Assembly: GCF_039654945.1 (NCBI RefSeq)
Contig: NW_027361804.1
Span: 5,952,001 to 6,016,000, forward strand
DNA: 64,000 bases
Direction of reading: 5' to 3'
Source of the DNA: Dendrobates tinctorius
Taxonomy: Eukaryota
Position numbers and translations under genes: made by a program. The first letter of the stretch is position 1, and every line of letters starts with the position of its first letter. The notes under the pieces are model-generated. The model was not told the DNA's origin, did no database searches, and worked only from the letters and a program-made list of their open reading frames with translations. This document shows, one piece after another, positions 1-12,400 of the stretch.

Positions 1-598
1 CAAACCCTATAGAGACAACAAACTATAGCAACCCATTGACGGCATCCGAAAAATAAGGCAAAAGGGTGTATGAGGATAGCCCACCGCAGTATCCTTAATA
101 CCCCGATACAGAGTCATCATTGAGAAGCCTCTACTGTATATGAATCCTATAGAAGTCAACTAATTATATCTGCCCTATAAAGGGCAAACAAACCCTAGAG
201 TGGGCAGATGACTAGAACAATCTTGTAGAGGGCATCAGAGAAAGAGGTTATATGGAGGTAATAGGAGAGACCACCGCTGTACCCTTAACACCAAGATATG
301 GAGTCACGGAAGGGAAACTTCTTCTATACATAAACCCTAAAGAAGGTAATAAGAACGATCCTAGAAAGGGCAACAAACGTACCAACCCCATAGAAGGTAT
401 GAGGCAAGTGAGGGGAAAAGAGAAGAGCCCATCGCTGTACCCCAAATACCCTGATCGTCCTATACAGACCCTAGAGAGGGCAACTAATGGCTCAGCTGCA
501 TCTGTCTATAGACCCTACTTACACCGACCCCCTGGAGGGCATCTGAGGCAGCAGGCAGGTGGGCTCCTCCACACACGGCCCCTGTGATCGGTACTCAC

Positions 599-936
599 TC
601 GGCTTTCCTCCCCAGGATGGCCTTGCACAGGGTCTGCGGCTTGTGCACCTGCGGGGAGCTCCGGGGCGCTGCGCTCTGTCCGGGCTCCGGCTCGGGCTCC
701 GGGTGCTGATGCGCCGGGGACTGCGCCGGGCTCTCGGGGGCGCTGTGCGGCGCCGCCTGGTGCAGGTCCCGGAGGCTCCGGTTCTCGGTGCCCAGCTGGT
801 CCAGCCTCCGCTCCAGCTCGTCGATGCGCTGCCGCTGGGTGTGGATGAGGCTCTGCTGGTTCTGCACGATGCTGGTCAGCTCCCGCAGGTAGAGCACGGC
901 GCGGACCGGGTTCTCCAGGAGATTCTCCATCATCAT
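599..936 (-). CDS. IQSEC3: IQ motif and Sec7 domain ArfGEF 3, first coding exon (gene continues left of the window)
   Basis: [48 protein letters not shown]...ILGRKAE matches the IQSEC3 N-terminal coiled coil; donor GA|GTGAGT at 598. Confidence 0.93.
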
Positions 937-1029
937 CCCGGGACCCGGACGCTGGCAGCGGAGACGGCGCTGCTGCTGCTGCTGCCGGCGGCGGGAGGAG
1001 GAGGAGGCCGGGCCAGAGCGAGCGCGGCG

Positions 1030-1040
1030 GGTTATATAAC
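1030..1040 (-). promoter_or_regulatory. TATA-like box upstream of IQSEC3 exon 1
   Basis: GTTATATAAC ~100 bp upstream of the ATG in CpG-rich context. Confidence 0.4.
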
Positions 1041-1062
1041 GGGGAGGAGGCAGCGCGGCCCG

Positions 1063-4000
1063 ACCCCCAGATACAGTGCACGACGACCCCCAGATACAGT
1101 GCACGACGACCCCCAGATGCAGTGCACGACGACCCCCAGATGCAGTGCACGACGACCCCCCAGATGCAGGGCACGACGACCCCCCAGATGCAGTGCGCGA
1201 CGACCCCCAGATGCAGTGCGCGACGACCCCCAGATGCAGTGCGCGACGACCCCCCAGATGCAGTGCACGACGACCCCCAGATACAGTGCGCGACGACCCC
1301 CAGATGCAGTGCGCGACGACCCCCAGATACAGGGCGCGACGACCCCCAGATACAGTGCACGACGACCCCCAGATACAGGGCACGAGGACCCCCAGATACA
1401 GTGAACGACGACCCCCCAGATACAGGGCACGAGGACCCCCAGATACAGTGCGCGACGACCCCCCAGATGCAGTGCACGACGACCCCCCAGATGCAGTGCA
1501 CGACGACCCCCCAGATGCAGTGCACGACGACCCCCCAGATACAGTGCACGACGACCCCCCAGATACAGGGCGCGACGACCCCCCAGATACAGGGCGCGAC
1601 GACCCCCAGATACAGTGCACGACGACCCCCAGATACAGGGCGCGACGACCCCCCAGATACAGTGCACGACGACCCCCAGATACAGGGCGCGACGACCCCC
1701 CAGATACAGTGCGCGACGACCCCCCAGATACAGTGCGCGACGACCCCCAGATACAGGGCACGAGGACCCCCAGATACAGTGAACGACGACCCCCCAGATA
1801 CAGGGCACGAGGACCCCCAGATACAGTGCACGACGACCCCCAGATACAGGGCGCGACGACCCCCCAGATACAGGGCGCGACGACCCCCAGATGCAGTGCA
1901 CGACGACCCCCAGATACAGGGCACGAGGACCCCCAGATACAGTGAACGACGACCCCCCAGATACAGGGCACGAGGACCCCCAGATACAGTGCGCGACGAC
2001 CCCCCAGATGCAGTGCACGACGACCCCCCAGATGCAGTGCACGACGACCCCCCAGATGCAGTGCACGACGACCCCCCAGATGCAGTGCACGACGACCCCC
2101 CAGATACAGGGCGCGACGACCCCCCAGATACAGGGCGCGACGACCCCCAGATACAGTGCACGACGACCCCCAGATACAGGGCGCGACGACCCCCCAGATA
2201 CAGTGCACGACGACCCCCAGATACAGGGCGCGACGACCCCCCAGATACAGTGCGCGACGACCCCCCAGATACAGTGCGCGACGACCCCCCAGATACAGTG
2301 CGCGACGACCCCCCAGATACAGTGCGCGACGACCCCCCAGATACAGGGCGCGACGACCCCCAGATACAGGGCGCGACGACCCCCAGATACAGTGCGCGAC
2401 GACCCCCCAGATACAGGGCGCGACGACCCCCAGATACAGTGCGCGACGACCCCCAGATGCAGTGCACGACGACCCCCAGATACAGTGCACGACGACCCCC
2501 CAGATACAGGGCGCGACGACCCCCAGATACAGTGCGCGACGACCCCCAGATACAGGGCACGAGGACCCCCAGATACAGTGAACGACGACCCCCAGATACA
2601 GGGCGCGACGACCCCCAGATACAGGGCGCGACGACCCCCAGATACAGGGCGCGATGACCCCCAGATACAGTGCACGACGACCCCCCAGATGCAGGGCGCG
2701 ACGACCCCCAGATGCAGGGCGCGACGACCCCCAGATGCAGTGCACGACCCCCAGATACAGTGCACGACGACCCCCCCAGATGCAGGGCGCGACGACCCCC
2801 CCAGATGCAGGGCGCGACGACCCCCAGATACAGTGCACGACGACCCCCCAGATGCAGGGCGCGACGACCCCCAGATGCAGGGCGCGACGACCCCCAGATG
2901 CAGGGCGCGACGACCCCCAGATGCAGGGCGCGACGACCCCCAGATGCAGGGCACACCGACACCCAGATACAGTGCCCCCAGATACAGTGCACGATGACCC
3001 CCAGATACAGTGCACACCGACCCCCAGATACAGTGCACACCGACCCCCAGATACAGTGCACGACGACCCCCAGATACAGTGCACGACGACCCCCAGATAC
3101 AGTGCACGACGACCCCCAGATGCAGTGCACGACGACCCCCAGATACAGTGCCCCCAGATACAGTGCACGATGACCCCCAGATCCAATGCCCCCAGATACA
3201 GTGCACGACGACCCCCAGATACAGTGCCCCCAGATACAGTGCACAATGACCCCCAGCTACAGTGCCCCCAGATACAGTGCCCACAGACCCCCAGATACAG
3301 TGCCCACAGACCCCCAGATACCGTGCACAACGACCCTCAGATACCGTGCACAACGACCCTCAGATACCGTGCACACAGACCCCCAGACACAGTGCACACA
3401 GACCCCCAGACACAGTGCACACCAACCCCCAGATACAGTGCCCCTAGATACAGTGCTCACCGACCCCCAGACAGTGCCCACCGACCCCCAGATACAGTGC
3501 CCCCAGATACAGTGCACTGACCCCCAGATACAGTGCCCCCAGATACAGTGCACTGACCCCCAGATACAGTGCCCCTAGATACAGTGCACACTGACCCCGA
3601 TACAGAACACGACCCGCAGATACAGTGCCCCCAGATACAGTGCACACTGACCCCCAGATACAGTGCCCACCGACCCCCAGATACAGTGCCCCCAGTTACA
3701 GTGCACTGTCCCCCAGATACCGTGCACACCGACCCCCAGATACAGTGCACACTGACCCCAGATCCAGTGTATACCGGCTGTATGCCACCCTCAGATCCAG
3801 TGTCCCCCAGATACAGGCTGTATGCCGATCCCTAGATATAGTGCCACCAGATACAGTGCACACCAACACCCAGATTCAGTGCCCCCAGATACAGTGCACA
3901 ATGACCCCAAGATAGTGTATACTGACCCCAGATACAGTGTATACAGGCTGTATGCCGACTCCCAGATATAGTGCCCCCAGATACAGTGCACACCGACCCC

Positions 4001-4075
4001 CAGATACAGTGTACACGCCATATACCGGTATATACACAGTACTACTGACCCCCCACAGATACAGTGTACACGCCA
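1063..4075. repeat. Minisatellite, 23-24 bp unit CGACGACCCCCAGATACAGTGCA, degenerating rightwards
   Basis: Direct tandem repetition; explains the overlapping repetitive ORFs. Confidence 0.95.
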
Positions 4076-4404
4076 TATACCGGTTCATACAGTATATGGG
4101 GGGGATTTAAGTCATGCCCAGGAACTGTGTCATATCCATACTACAGTCCTCCTTCAACATGTGCAGCTGTAACAGCACACCTGGTGCAGCAGGAGGCCCA
4201 GGATTCTCATCTTCAAAGGAGAAAGCTGGCACCTGGCTCAGCTGGTGGTCAAGTCTCAAAAGGCTGTGAGTGACAGATCTCACACCTTTAGCCAGCTAAG
4301 CTCATGACTAGGGCTTGCTTGAATCTAATCTGCCAAGGAAAGCTTCTGGAACATTTTAGAAACATACTTCATAAGGAGAATATGGACTTATTTTATGCAT
4401 TAAA

Positions 4405-5030
4405 AGAGGTCTGGATACACATGATGAGAGCATTATACTGCCTCTGCAGAAATCTCTGGTTACACCGCACATGGAGTACTGTGTACAGTTTTGGGCACCG
4501 GTGCTCAGGAAGGATATAATGGAACTAGAGTGGGTACAAAGGAGGGCAACAAAATTAATAAAGGGGATGGGGGAACTACAATACCCAGAGAGATTAGCAA
4601 AATTAGGATTATTTAGGCTAGAAAAAAAGACGACTGAGGGGCGATCTAATAACCATGTATAAGTATATAAGGGGACAACACAAATATCTCTCCGAGGATC
4701 TGTTTATACCAAGGAAGGTGACGGTCACAAGGGGGCATTCTCTGCGTCTGGAGGAGAAAAGGTTTCTCCACCAACACAGAAGAGGATTCTTTACTGTTAG
4801 GGCAGTGAGAATCTGGAATTCCCTGCCTGAGGAGGTGGTGATGGCGAACTCAGAAGAGGGGTTCAGGAGAGGCCTGGATGTCTTCCTGGAGCGGAACAAT
4901 ATTGTATCTTACAGCTATTAGGTTCTTTAGAAGGATGGAGATCTGGGGATTTATTCTGACAGAATTTTATAGGCTGAACAGGATGGACTAATGGCTTTTT
5001 TCGGCCTTACTAACGAGGTTACTATGTTAT
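4405..5030 (+). mobile_element. CR1-type LINE 3' fragment (C-terminus of RT ORF2 plus 3' UTR)
   Basis: EYCVQFWAP..RKDIMELEWVQRRATKLIKGM / TRGHSLRLEEKRF...RRGFFTVRAVRIWNSLPEEVV; ends in a TACTATGTTA-type tail. Confidence 0.85.
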
Positions 5031-5677
5031 CTTACGTCCTAGCCACACAGTTACATTTTTGAGATAGATCTCTGGAACAGGCCAAACGCCTTCCAGGGTC
5101 TCGATCCATTCTAGTACACCAGGGTGGGGAGATGCGTAGAATGGCTAGTAGGAGCCAGGTAGCAAAGCTGTGTTCGGTCTCAACGCGAAGCAGGGGCCCG
5201 GCCGGACCCGATGGCACCAAATCCGTCTCCCTAGGAGAGGTTGCGACAACATATGTGGGGAGAAGTCAAGGAACAGAGTGGACCACAAGCCTCCCATGTG
5301 GCAACCCCCCCCCCCCCCCCCGCAAGCCATTCCTTTTATCTGACTCATTCTGCACTCTTTGTAATACCACTATTTGTGTTTGCACATCCGACCATTGTAT
5401 TTGTACAACCATCATGTATATAGTGTATTGTCTAGTGTGCCCTTAAGGTGATTAAATATATCATTTAACCTTGGGCTGCTCTTTTATCTCACTCCACACG
5501 TTCGTTTTCTCGGCTGAACTTTCCATGCTACCGGGACTGGTTTTTGGCCCGATATAATCCCGTTAACGGACCTTATATCTAACGAGGAACTGGTGGCAGT
5601 CCTACTGAGCTGACCAGGCGCTGTTTTACTGGTGCTGGTGAAAGGGACCTCTCAGGGTTGACAGCAACTGTGTGGAC

Positions 5678-6111
5678 TAGAGATGAGCGACTTTGCCTTT
5701 TTTAGGGTCGAGTCGGGTTTTATGAAACCCGACTTTCTCAAAAGTCGAGTCGAACGAAATCGGCCGACTATCGGGAATAGTCGGAGGTCCGACTGAAACA
5801 CGAAACCCAATGCAAGTCAATGGGGAAGCAAAGTCGGCAGGGAGTGGTGGACAGTAAACACACCCACATGCCGGACCGCTTTTTTAAAGTGCTCGAAAAC
5901 TCTATCATGTCATCTCGTTGCCTGCAGTGTACGTCCTTGCTCAGTGGCTGAAAAAAGTCACGTGCAAGTAATCTCGGAAATCCGACTTTGGCGCTCGTTT
6001 TACCGACCGCATGGCCGACTTCACGCTGTGGTCAGGTTTCGGTCGGCGAAACCCAACTTTGCCATAAGTCGGCGACTTATGAATCTGCACAACCTGTTTC
6101 GCTCAACTCTA
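5678..6111. mobile_element. hAT-type MITE
   Basis: Termini TAGAGATGAGCGA...TCGCTCAACTCTA; perfect 8-bp TSD GTGTGGAC (5670-5677, 6112-6119). Confidence 0.88.
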
Positions 6112-6351
6112 GTGTGGACCACATCCTCTCACTCCCTGTGCGGACAGGGGGTATCTGTGTAAAACTATGCCAAGCTGACCTTACATGTCACCTGGGGGGT
6201 GCAGAACGTCATTTTGGTGCACATGAGGAGAGTGCCATGTGATCTCTCGCACGTAACAGTGACGAGGCGGGTGGCGATGTGCGGGTTCTTCACATGTAGT
6301 GGCAGCGAAGGGATTTTGTGTGATCTCTCTGATGCCATCCTTCACACGGCT

Positions 6352-7059
6352 ATATACACAGTACTACCGACCCCCCACAGATACAGTGCCGGGTATATAC
6401 ACAGTACTACCGACCCCCCACAGATACAGTGCCGGGTATACACACAGTACTACCGACCCCTCACAGATACAGTGCCGGGTATACACACAGTACTACCGAC
6501 CCCCCACAGATACAGTGCCGGGTATACACACACAGTACTACCGACCCCACAGATACAGTGCCGGGTATACACACACAGTACTACCGACCCCACAGACACA
6601 GTGCCGGGTATACACACAGTACTACCGACCCCCCACAGATACAGTGCCGGGTATATACACACATTACTACCGACCCCCCACAGACACAGTGCCGGGTAAG
6701 CACACAGTACTACCGACCCCCCACAGATACAGTGCCGGGTATATACACACATTACTACCGACCCCCCACAGATACAGTGCCGGGTATACACACAGTACTA
6801 CCGACCCCAGAGACACAGTGCCGGGTATACACACAGTACTACCGACCCCCCACAGATACAGTGCCGGGTATATACACACATTACTACCGACCCCCCACAG
6901 ATACAGTGCCGGGTATACACACAGTACTACCGACCCCACAGATACAGTGCCGGGTATACACACAGTACTACCGACCCCACAGATACAGTGCCGGGTATAC
7001 ACACAGTACTACTGACCCCACAGACACAGTGCCGGGTATATACACAGTACTACCAACCC

Positions 7060-7060
<1 letters not shown>
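6352..7060. repeat. Minisatellite, ~42 bp unit CACAGTACTACCGACCCCCACAGATACAGTGCCGGGTATA
   Basis: Tandem repeats; shares the core CCGACCCCC(AC)AGATACAGTG with the 1063-4075 array. Confidence 0.9.
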
Positions 7061-7061
<1 letters not shown>

Positions 7062-7109
<48 letters not shown>

Positions 7110-7112
7110 TAC
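7062..7112. repeat. (TA)n(CA)n microsatellite
   Basis: Seen directly. Confidence 0.95.
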
Positions 7113-7114
7113 AT

Positions 7115-7465
7115 AAGATACAGCAGTCAGTGGGGTACACAGGATAGGATTAGATACAGCAGGCAGTGGGGTACACAGGAAAGGATTAGATACAGCAGGC
7201 AGTGGGGTACACAGGATAGGATTGGATACAGCAGCAGGCAGTGGGGTACACAGGATAGGATTAGATACAGCAGCAGGCAGTGGGGTACACAGGATAGGAT
7301 TAGATACAGCAGCAGGCAGTGGGGTACACAGGATAGGATTAGATACAGCAGGTAGTGGGGTACACAGGATAGGATTAGATACAGCAGTGGGGTACACAGG
7401 ATAGGATTGGATACAGCAGGCAGTGGGGTACACAGGATAGGATTGGATACAGCAGCGGGGTACAC
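7115..7465. repeat. Minisatellite, 36-39 bp unit
   Basis: GATACAGCAG(CAG)GCAGTGGGGTACACAGGATAGGATT repeated ~10 times. Confidence 0.9.
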
Positions 7466-7530
7466 AGGCATCGCACAGGTTGCAGCTCAGCCTTCCTTTG
7501 GTCTGTGCCACAGTTATAAGTAGCAGAAAA

Positions 7531-7682
7531 GGAAGTCACATGAGCATGGTCACATGACCCCCAGGTGGGCGGGGCGCTGACCACGTGACCTGTCATCCGG
7601 GAACAGCCAGAGGAGGCAGCGGGGAGATATCGGGGCAGCTCCAGTGTATGTATGTGTGCAGAGGGAACTACAAATCCCAGCA
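7531..7682 (+). promoter_or_regulatory. Probable WASHC1 promoter / non-coding exon 1 region
   Basis: GGAAGT (ETS), GTCACATGA twice, GGGCGGGG, CCACGTGACC, candidate donor GTATGT at 7646, ZNF143-type AACTACAAATCCCAGC at ~7666. Confidence 0.6.
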
Positions 7683-7793
7683 CCACCCGACAGCGGGAGC
7701 ACAGTGCGGCCACTGCCCTGCGGGGGTCGCGGCCTCCCGTATTTCACCTTTTGGCTCTGAGGGTCGCGGTGTCCCGTATCTCAGATGGGGGGG

Positions 7794-9046
7794 TCTCGGT
7801 CCTCCCCTTGTGTCGGCTGCCTCGGTCCTCCCCTTGTGTCGGCTGCCTCGGTCCTCCCCTTGTGTCGGCTGCCTCGGTCCTCCCCTTGTGTCGGCTGCCT
7901 CGGTCCTCCCCTTGTGTCGGCTGCCTCGGTCCTCCCCTTGTGTCGGCTGCCTCGGTCCTCCCCTTGTGTCGGCTGCCTCGGTCCTCCCCTTGTGTCGGCT
8001 GCCTCGGTCCTCCCCTTGTGTCGGCTGCCTCGGGTCTCGGTCCTCTCCTTGTGTCGGCTGCCTCGGGTCTCGGTCCTCTCCTTGTGTCGGCTGTCTCGGG
8101 TCTCGGTCCTCCCCTTGTGTCGGCTGTCTCGGTCCTCCCCTTGTGTCGGCTGTCTCGGTCCTCCCCTTGTGTCGGCTGTCTCGGGTCTCGGTCCTCCCCT
8201 TGTGTCGGCTGTCTCGGTCCTCCCCTTGTGTCGGCTGTCTCGGTCCTCCCCTTGTGTCGGCTGTCTCGGTCCTCCCCTTGTGTCGGCTGTCTCGGGTCTC
8301 GGTCCTCCCCTTGTGTCGGCTGTCTCGGTCCTCCCCTTGTGTCGGCTGTCTCGGGTCTCGGTCCTCCCCTTGTGTCGGCTGCCTCGGTCCTCCCCTTGTG
8401 TCGGCTGTCTCGGTCCTCCCCTTGTGTCGGCTGTCTCGGGTCTCGGTCCTCCCCTTGTGTCGGCTGTCTCGGTCCTCCCCTTGTGTCGGCTGTCTCGGGT
8501 CTCGGTCCTCCCCTTGTGTCGGCTGTCTCGGGTCTCGGTCCTCCCCTTGTGTCGGCTGTCTCGGGTCTCGGTCCTCCCCTTGTGTCGGCTGCCTCGGTCC
8601 TCCCCTTGTGTCGGCTGTCTCGGTCCTCCCCTTGTGTCGGCTGTCTCGGTCCTCCCCTTGTGTCGGCTGTCTCGGTCCTCCCCTTGTGTCGGCTGCCTCG
8701 GTCCTCCCCTTGTGTCGGCTGTCTCGGGTCCTCCCCTTGTGTCGGCTGTCTCGGGTCCTCCCCTTGTGTCGGCTGTCTCGGGTCCTCCCCTTGTGTCGGC
8801 TGTCTCGGGTCCTCCCCTTGTGTCGGCTGTCTCGGGTCCTCCCCTTGTGTCGGCTGTCTCGGGTCCTCCCCTTGTGTCGGCTGTCTCGGGTCCTCCCCTT
8901 GTGTCGGCTGTCTCGGGTCTCGGCCTCCCTTGTGTCGGCTGTCTCGGGTCTCGGCCTCCCTTGTGTCGGCTGTCTCGGGCCTCCCTTGTGTCGGCTGTCT
9001 CGGGTCTGGGCCTCCCTTGTGTCGGCTGTCTCGGGTCTCGGCCTCC
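7794..9046. repeat. Minisatellite, 26/33 bp unit CTCGGTCCTCCCCTTGTGTCGGCTGY
   Basis: Tandem repeats in presumptive WASHC1 intron 1. Confidence 0.95.
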
Positions 9047-9261
9047 TGTTCCTCACCTGTAAAGCACTCGGCGCTGTGTTGTTTTGCGCCTGCAGCGTGT
9101 ACGGGGCTCCCGGCCGCTCCTCGCCCTTCCTCCTCCTCCTCGCTGATCACCCCCACTAATGACATCTGATCTCAGTCTCTGTCACTGACTGCTCCTATGT
9201 ATAGGGGGGTCTCATACACATAGTATTAATCTCTGTTCTCCCTGTAGGGGGCGCTGTCACG

Positions 9262-9401
9262 ATGCCTCAGAGGATGCCCCTGGAGCGGCAGGCGTATTCG
9301 GTGCCGCTCATCCAGCCAGATCTCCGCAGGGAAGAGACCATCCAGCAGATCACCGTCACCCTCCAGCACCTGCAGTGTGTGTTCAACGACATCTTCAACA
9401 G
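9262..9401 (+). CDS. WASHC1: WASHC1 coding exon 1
   Basis: [29 protein letters not shown]; acceptor at 9247, donor at 9402. Confidence 0.9.
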
Positions 9402-12400
9402 GTAGCGCGTGCAGGAGAGCTGCGTACCGAAAACGGGCGCACCGTGATGATATAACCTGTGAACCGAGGAATTTCCAGGTTCTCTATTAGTACAATCTAA
9501 GGTGGCGCCTCTGCCTCCTGAGGAAGACCGCTTCTGTCTGTCGAAACGCGTTGTGGATATTTAATACAGGACTGTAATTTTTTGCTTCTAACACCCGGTG
9601 TGCGCTCCTATATACCCGGTTCATTTCTAGCGCTGCAATGTTTGTTTGTTTTTTTTCCTCTGTTGAGGTTCCCGGCTGGAGCTGCACCTTTTCCTTAATC
9701 ATGCCTGGCTGGCGCTCCTTTTTAGACTGTCTCTCTTATCGCCCTCTCCACAAATGAGGGACATTGGATATTGAATGCAGCTTGGGGAGTAACTGAAGTA
9801 TCTCATTTAGTGTCACATTTGGGTTAACCCTTGCTTTTCTGCTGTGGTCAGGATCTTGCAGCGAGTGGAGACCAACAGGTCACAGCTGAAGAACATCAAT
9901 GACCGGGTCCGGCTGGCGCAAGCGAAGATCGAGAAAGTAAAGGGTAGCAAAAAGGCCATAAAGGTGAGCGGCAGTCCTTACATGTCGCCTGCCGTCTGCT
10001 CTCCCTCGTGCGCCTCCCGCTATCTGTGCCCCCCCCCACCTCCCTCCTTACATGTTGCCCGCTGTCGGTCCTCCCTCCTTGTGCGCCTCCCGCCTTGTGC
10101 GCATCCTGCCATCTGTCCCCCCCCCCTCCTTCCTTGCGTGTTGCCCGCCATCGGTCCCCCCTCCCTGTGCGCCTCCCGCTATCTGTCCCCCCCTACACCT
10201 CCCTCCTTACATGCCGTCCGCCATCTGATCTCCCGCCTTCTGTCCCTCTCTACACCTCCCTCCTTACATGCCGCCGTCTGATCCCCCTCCTTGTGCGCCT
10301 CCCGCTATCTGCCCCCCCCCCTCCATCCTTACATGTTGCCCGCTGTTGGTCCTCCCTCCTTGTGCGCCTCCCGCCATCTGTCCCCCCCCTCCTCCCTCTA
10401 CACCTCCCTCGCGCGCCTCCCGCCATCTGTCCCCCCCCCCTCCGCCTACACCTCCCTCCTTGCCCGCTGTTGGTCCCCCCCTTACACCTCCCTCACGTGT
10501 TTCCCGCTGTCGTCCCCCCTCCTTATGCGCCTCCCGCCATCTGTCCCCTCCCCCCTACAGCTCCCTCCTTGTGTTGCCCGCTGTCTGTCCCCCCTCCTTG
10601 TGCGCCTCCTGCCATCTGTCCCCCCCCCCCTACACCTCCCTCCTTGCGTGTTGCCCGCAGTCGGTCCCCCCTCCTTGTGCGCCTCCCGCCATCTGTCCCC
10701 CCCTCTACACCTCCCTCTTTGCGTGTTACCCGCCGTCGGTCCCCCTCTCCTTGCACGTCGCCCGCCGGTTGTCTTCTTTCCTCCCTGAATTCTTCTCTTC
10801 TGCAGGTTTTCTCCAGTGCCAAGTACCCGGCTCCAGACCGTCTCCAGGAATACACGTCCGTCTTCTCCGGGGCGGATGATCCGTGGTCTGAGAAGCGAGC
10901 GAGACACAAGGTCCAGAGCAAGCACCGTCCGCTGGACGAGCAGGCGCTGCAGGTATTCCCACCGCGGCCATTCCTAGGCCGTTCTTGCTTTGGGATGTAT
11001 AGCATAAAAGCAATGTTGTATAACAGCATCCTTTAAATGGCGGTAGAAAGAGCTGGTGCTGGTACTCCTGGACAGTTAATGGATCAGTCGCTAAAACACA
11101 TAGAGCGGGGGTGTGGGGACCACAGAAATATACGACCAATGGATCCAATGATAGCAAAAAATGTCCTTTATTAGGGAACCTGAGATACAACCACTGAGGC
11201 AGAGATCTATATCTACCATCTTACTTACCATTAGGTCCTACTTAATCCCCTCATACAGCACCGGATAGTCTGTCAGGGTGTTTACTCATTCTGTACCTTT
11301 AGTAAGTGGTTGGATCTCCGGTAATATATTGTAACGCACCTTATGGCCGTGGCATGGGTTATGCGCACTCTTTTGCTTGTTTGTTTCACGTTCCCCATTT
11401 TTCCCGTTTTTGTCAATATTCCCTAATAAAGAAGACATTTTTTGCTATCGTTGGATCTATTGGTCGTATTTTTATGTGGTCCCCACACCCCCGCTGTATT
11501 GCTTTGGGATGTAGCAGAGCTGATCGTGCACTGTCCGTTCACGTCGATGACACGCGCAGCACTGCGTCATCAGTTTTTGCAAAGATCGTGATAATTGTCG
11601 TCCATCTGTGATCTACAGGAGAAACTCAAGTACTACCCCGTATACGTGAGCCCGAAGGTGCAAGAAGAAGATGCGGCGGAGGAGGGGCTGGGCAGTCTCC
11701 CCCGAAACATCAACTCTGTCAGTTCGCTGCTTCTCTTCAACACATCAGAGAACCTGTGAGTGAGCGAAGCAGCAGGAGCCGTGCAGAATGTCGCATGCAG
11801 CTCCAGCAGTGACTGCAGTATAAGGCTGCACTTGTGCTTGCAGGTATAAGAAGTACGTGTTCCTGGATCCTCTGGCCGGAGTGGTGTCCCGCACTAACCA
11901 GCCTCTAGAGGGCGACGATGAGGACCGGCTGTTCGATGCCCCTCTGTCCATCTCTAAGAGGGAGCAGCTGGAGCGGCAGGTGAGCGGAGCGCAGCGGCAC
12001 CTGTCTGATCTCACCGCCACGTCTTATTATTGCGCTTCTTTCTAGACAGCAGAGAATTATTTCTATGTTCCGGACCTTGGAGAAGTCCCGGAGATCGATG
12101 TTCCTTATTATCTGCCAGACCTTCCCGGGGTGGCGGACGATCTCATGTACAGCGCTGACCTGGGTCCTGGCATCGCCCCATCCGCTCCTGGGGGACCGAT
12201 CCCGGAGCTGCCCACCTTCAGCACAGAGGAGGTCCCCGAGCCGTCGAGGACCGGTACAGACTCTTCTGGGAGGAATGTCAGTATAATCAAGTCTTTTTTT
12301 ATGTTTAATAGATTAACCCTTTAATATTTCAGATATGCAAGATGGCCGTCTTATGCCGCCACCGCCGCCTCCTCCTCCTCCCCCACCACCGCCACCTCCT

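Noticed and set aside
1032-3520. 700-900 aa repetitive ORFs extending the IQSEC3 exon upstream
   Set aside because: Satellite read-through; homology starts at MMMENLL.
5031-5670. Possible LTR with PBS-like TGGTGGCAG (~5591)
   Set aside because: No second LTR, TSD or coding remnant; cannot be supported.
7585-9169. ~500-aa ORFs on both strands
   Set aside because: 26/33-bp minisatellite artefacts.
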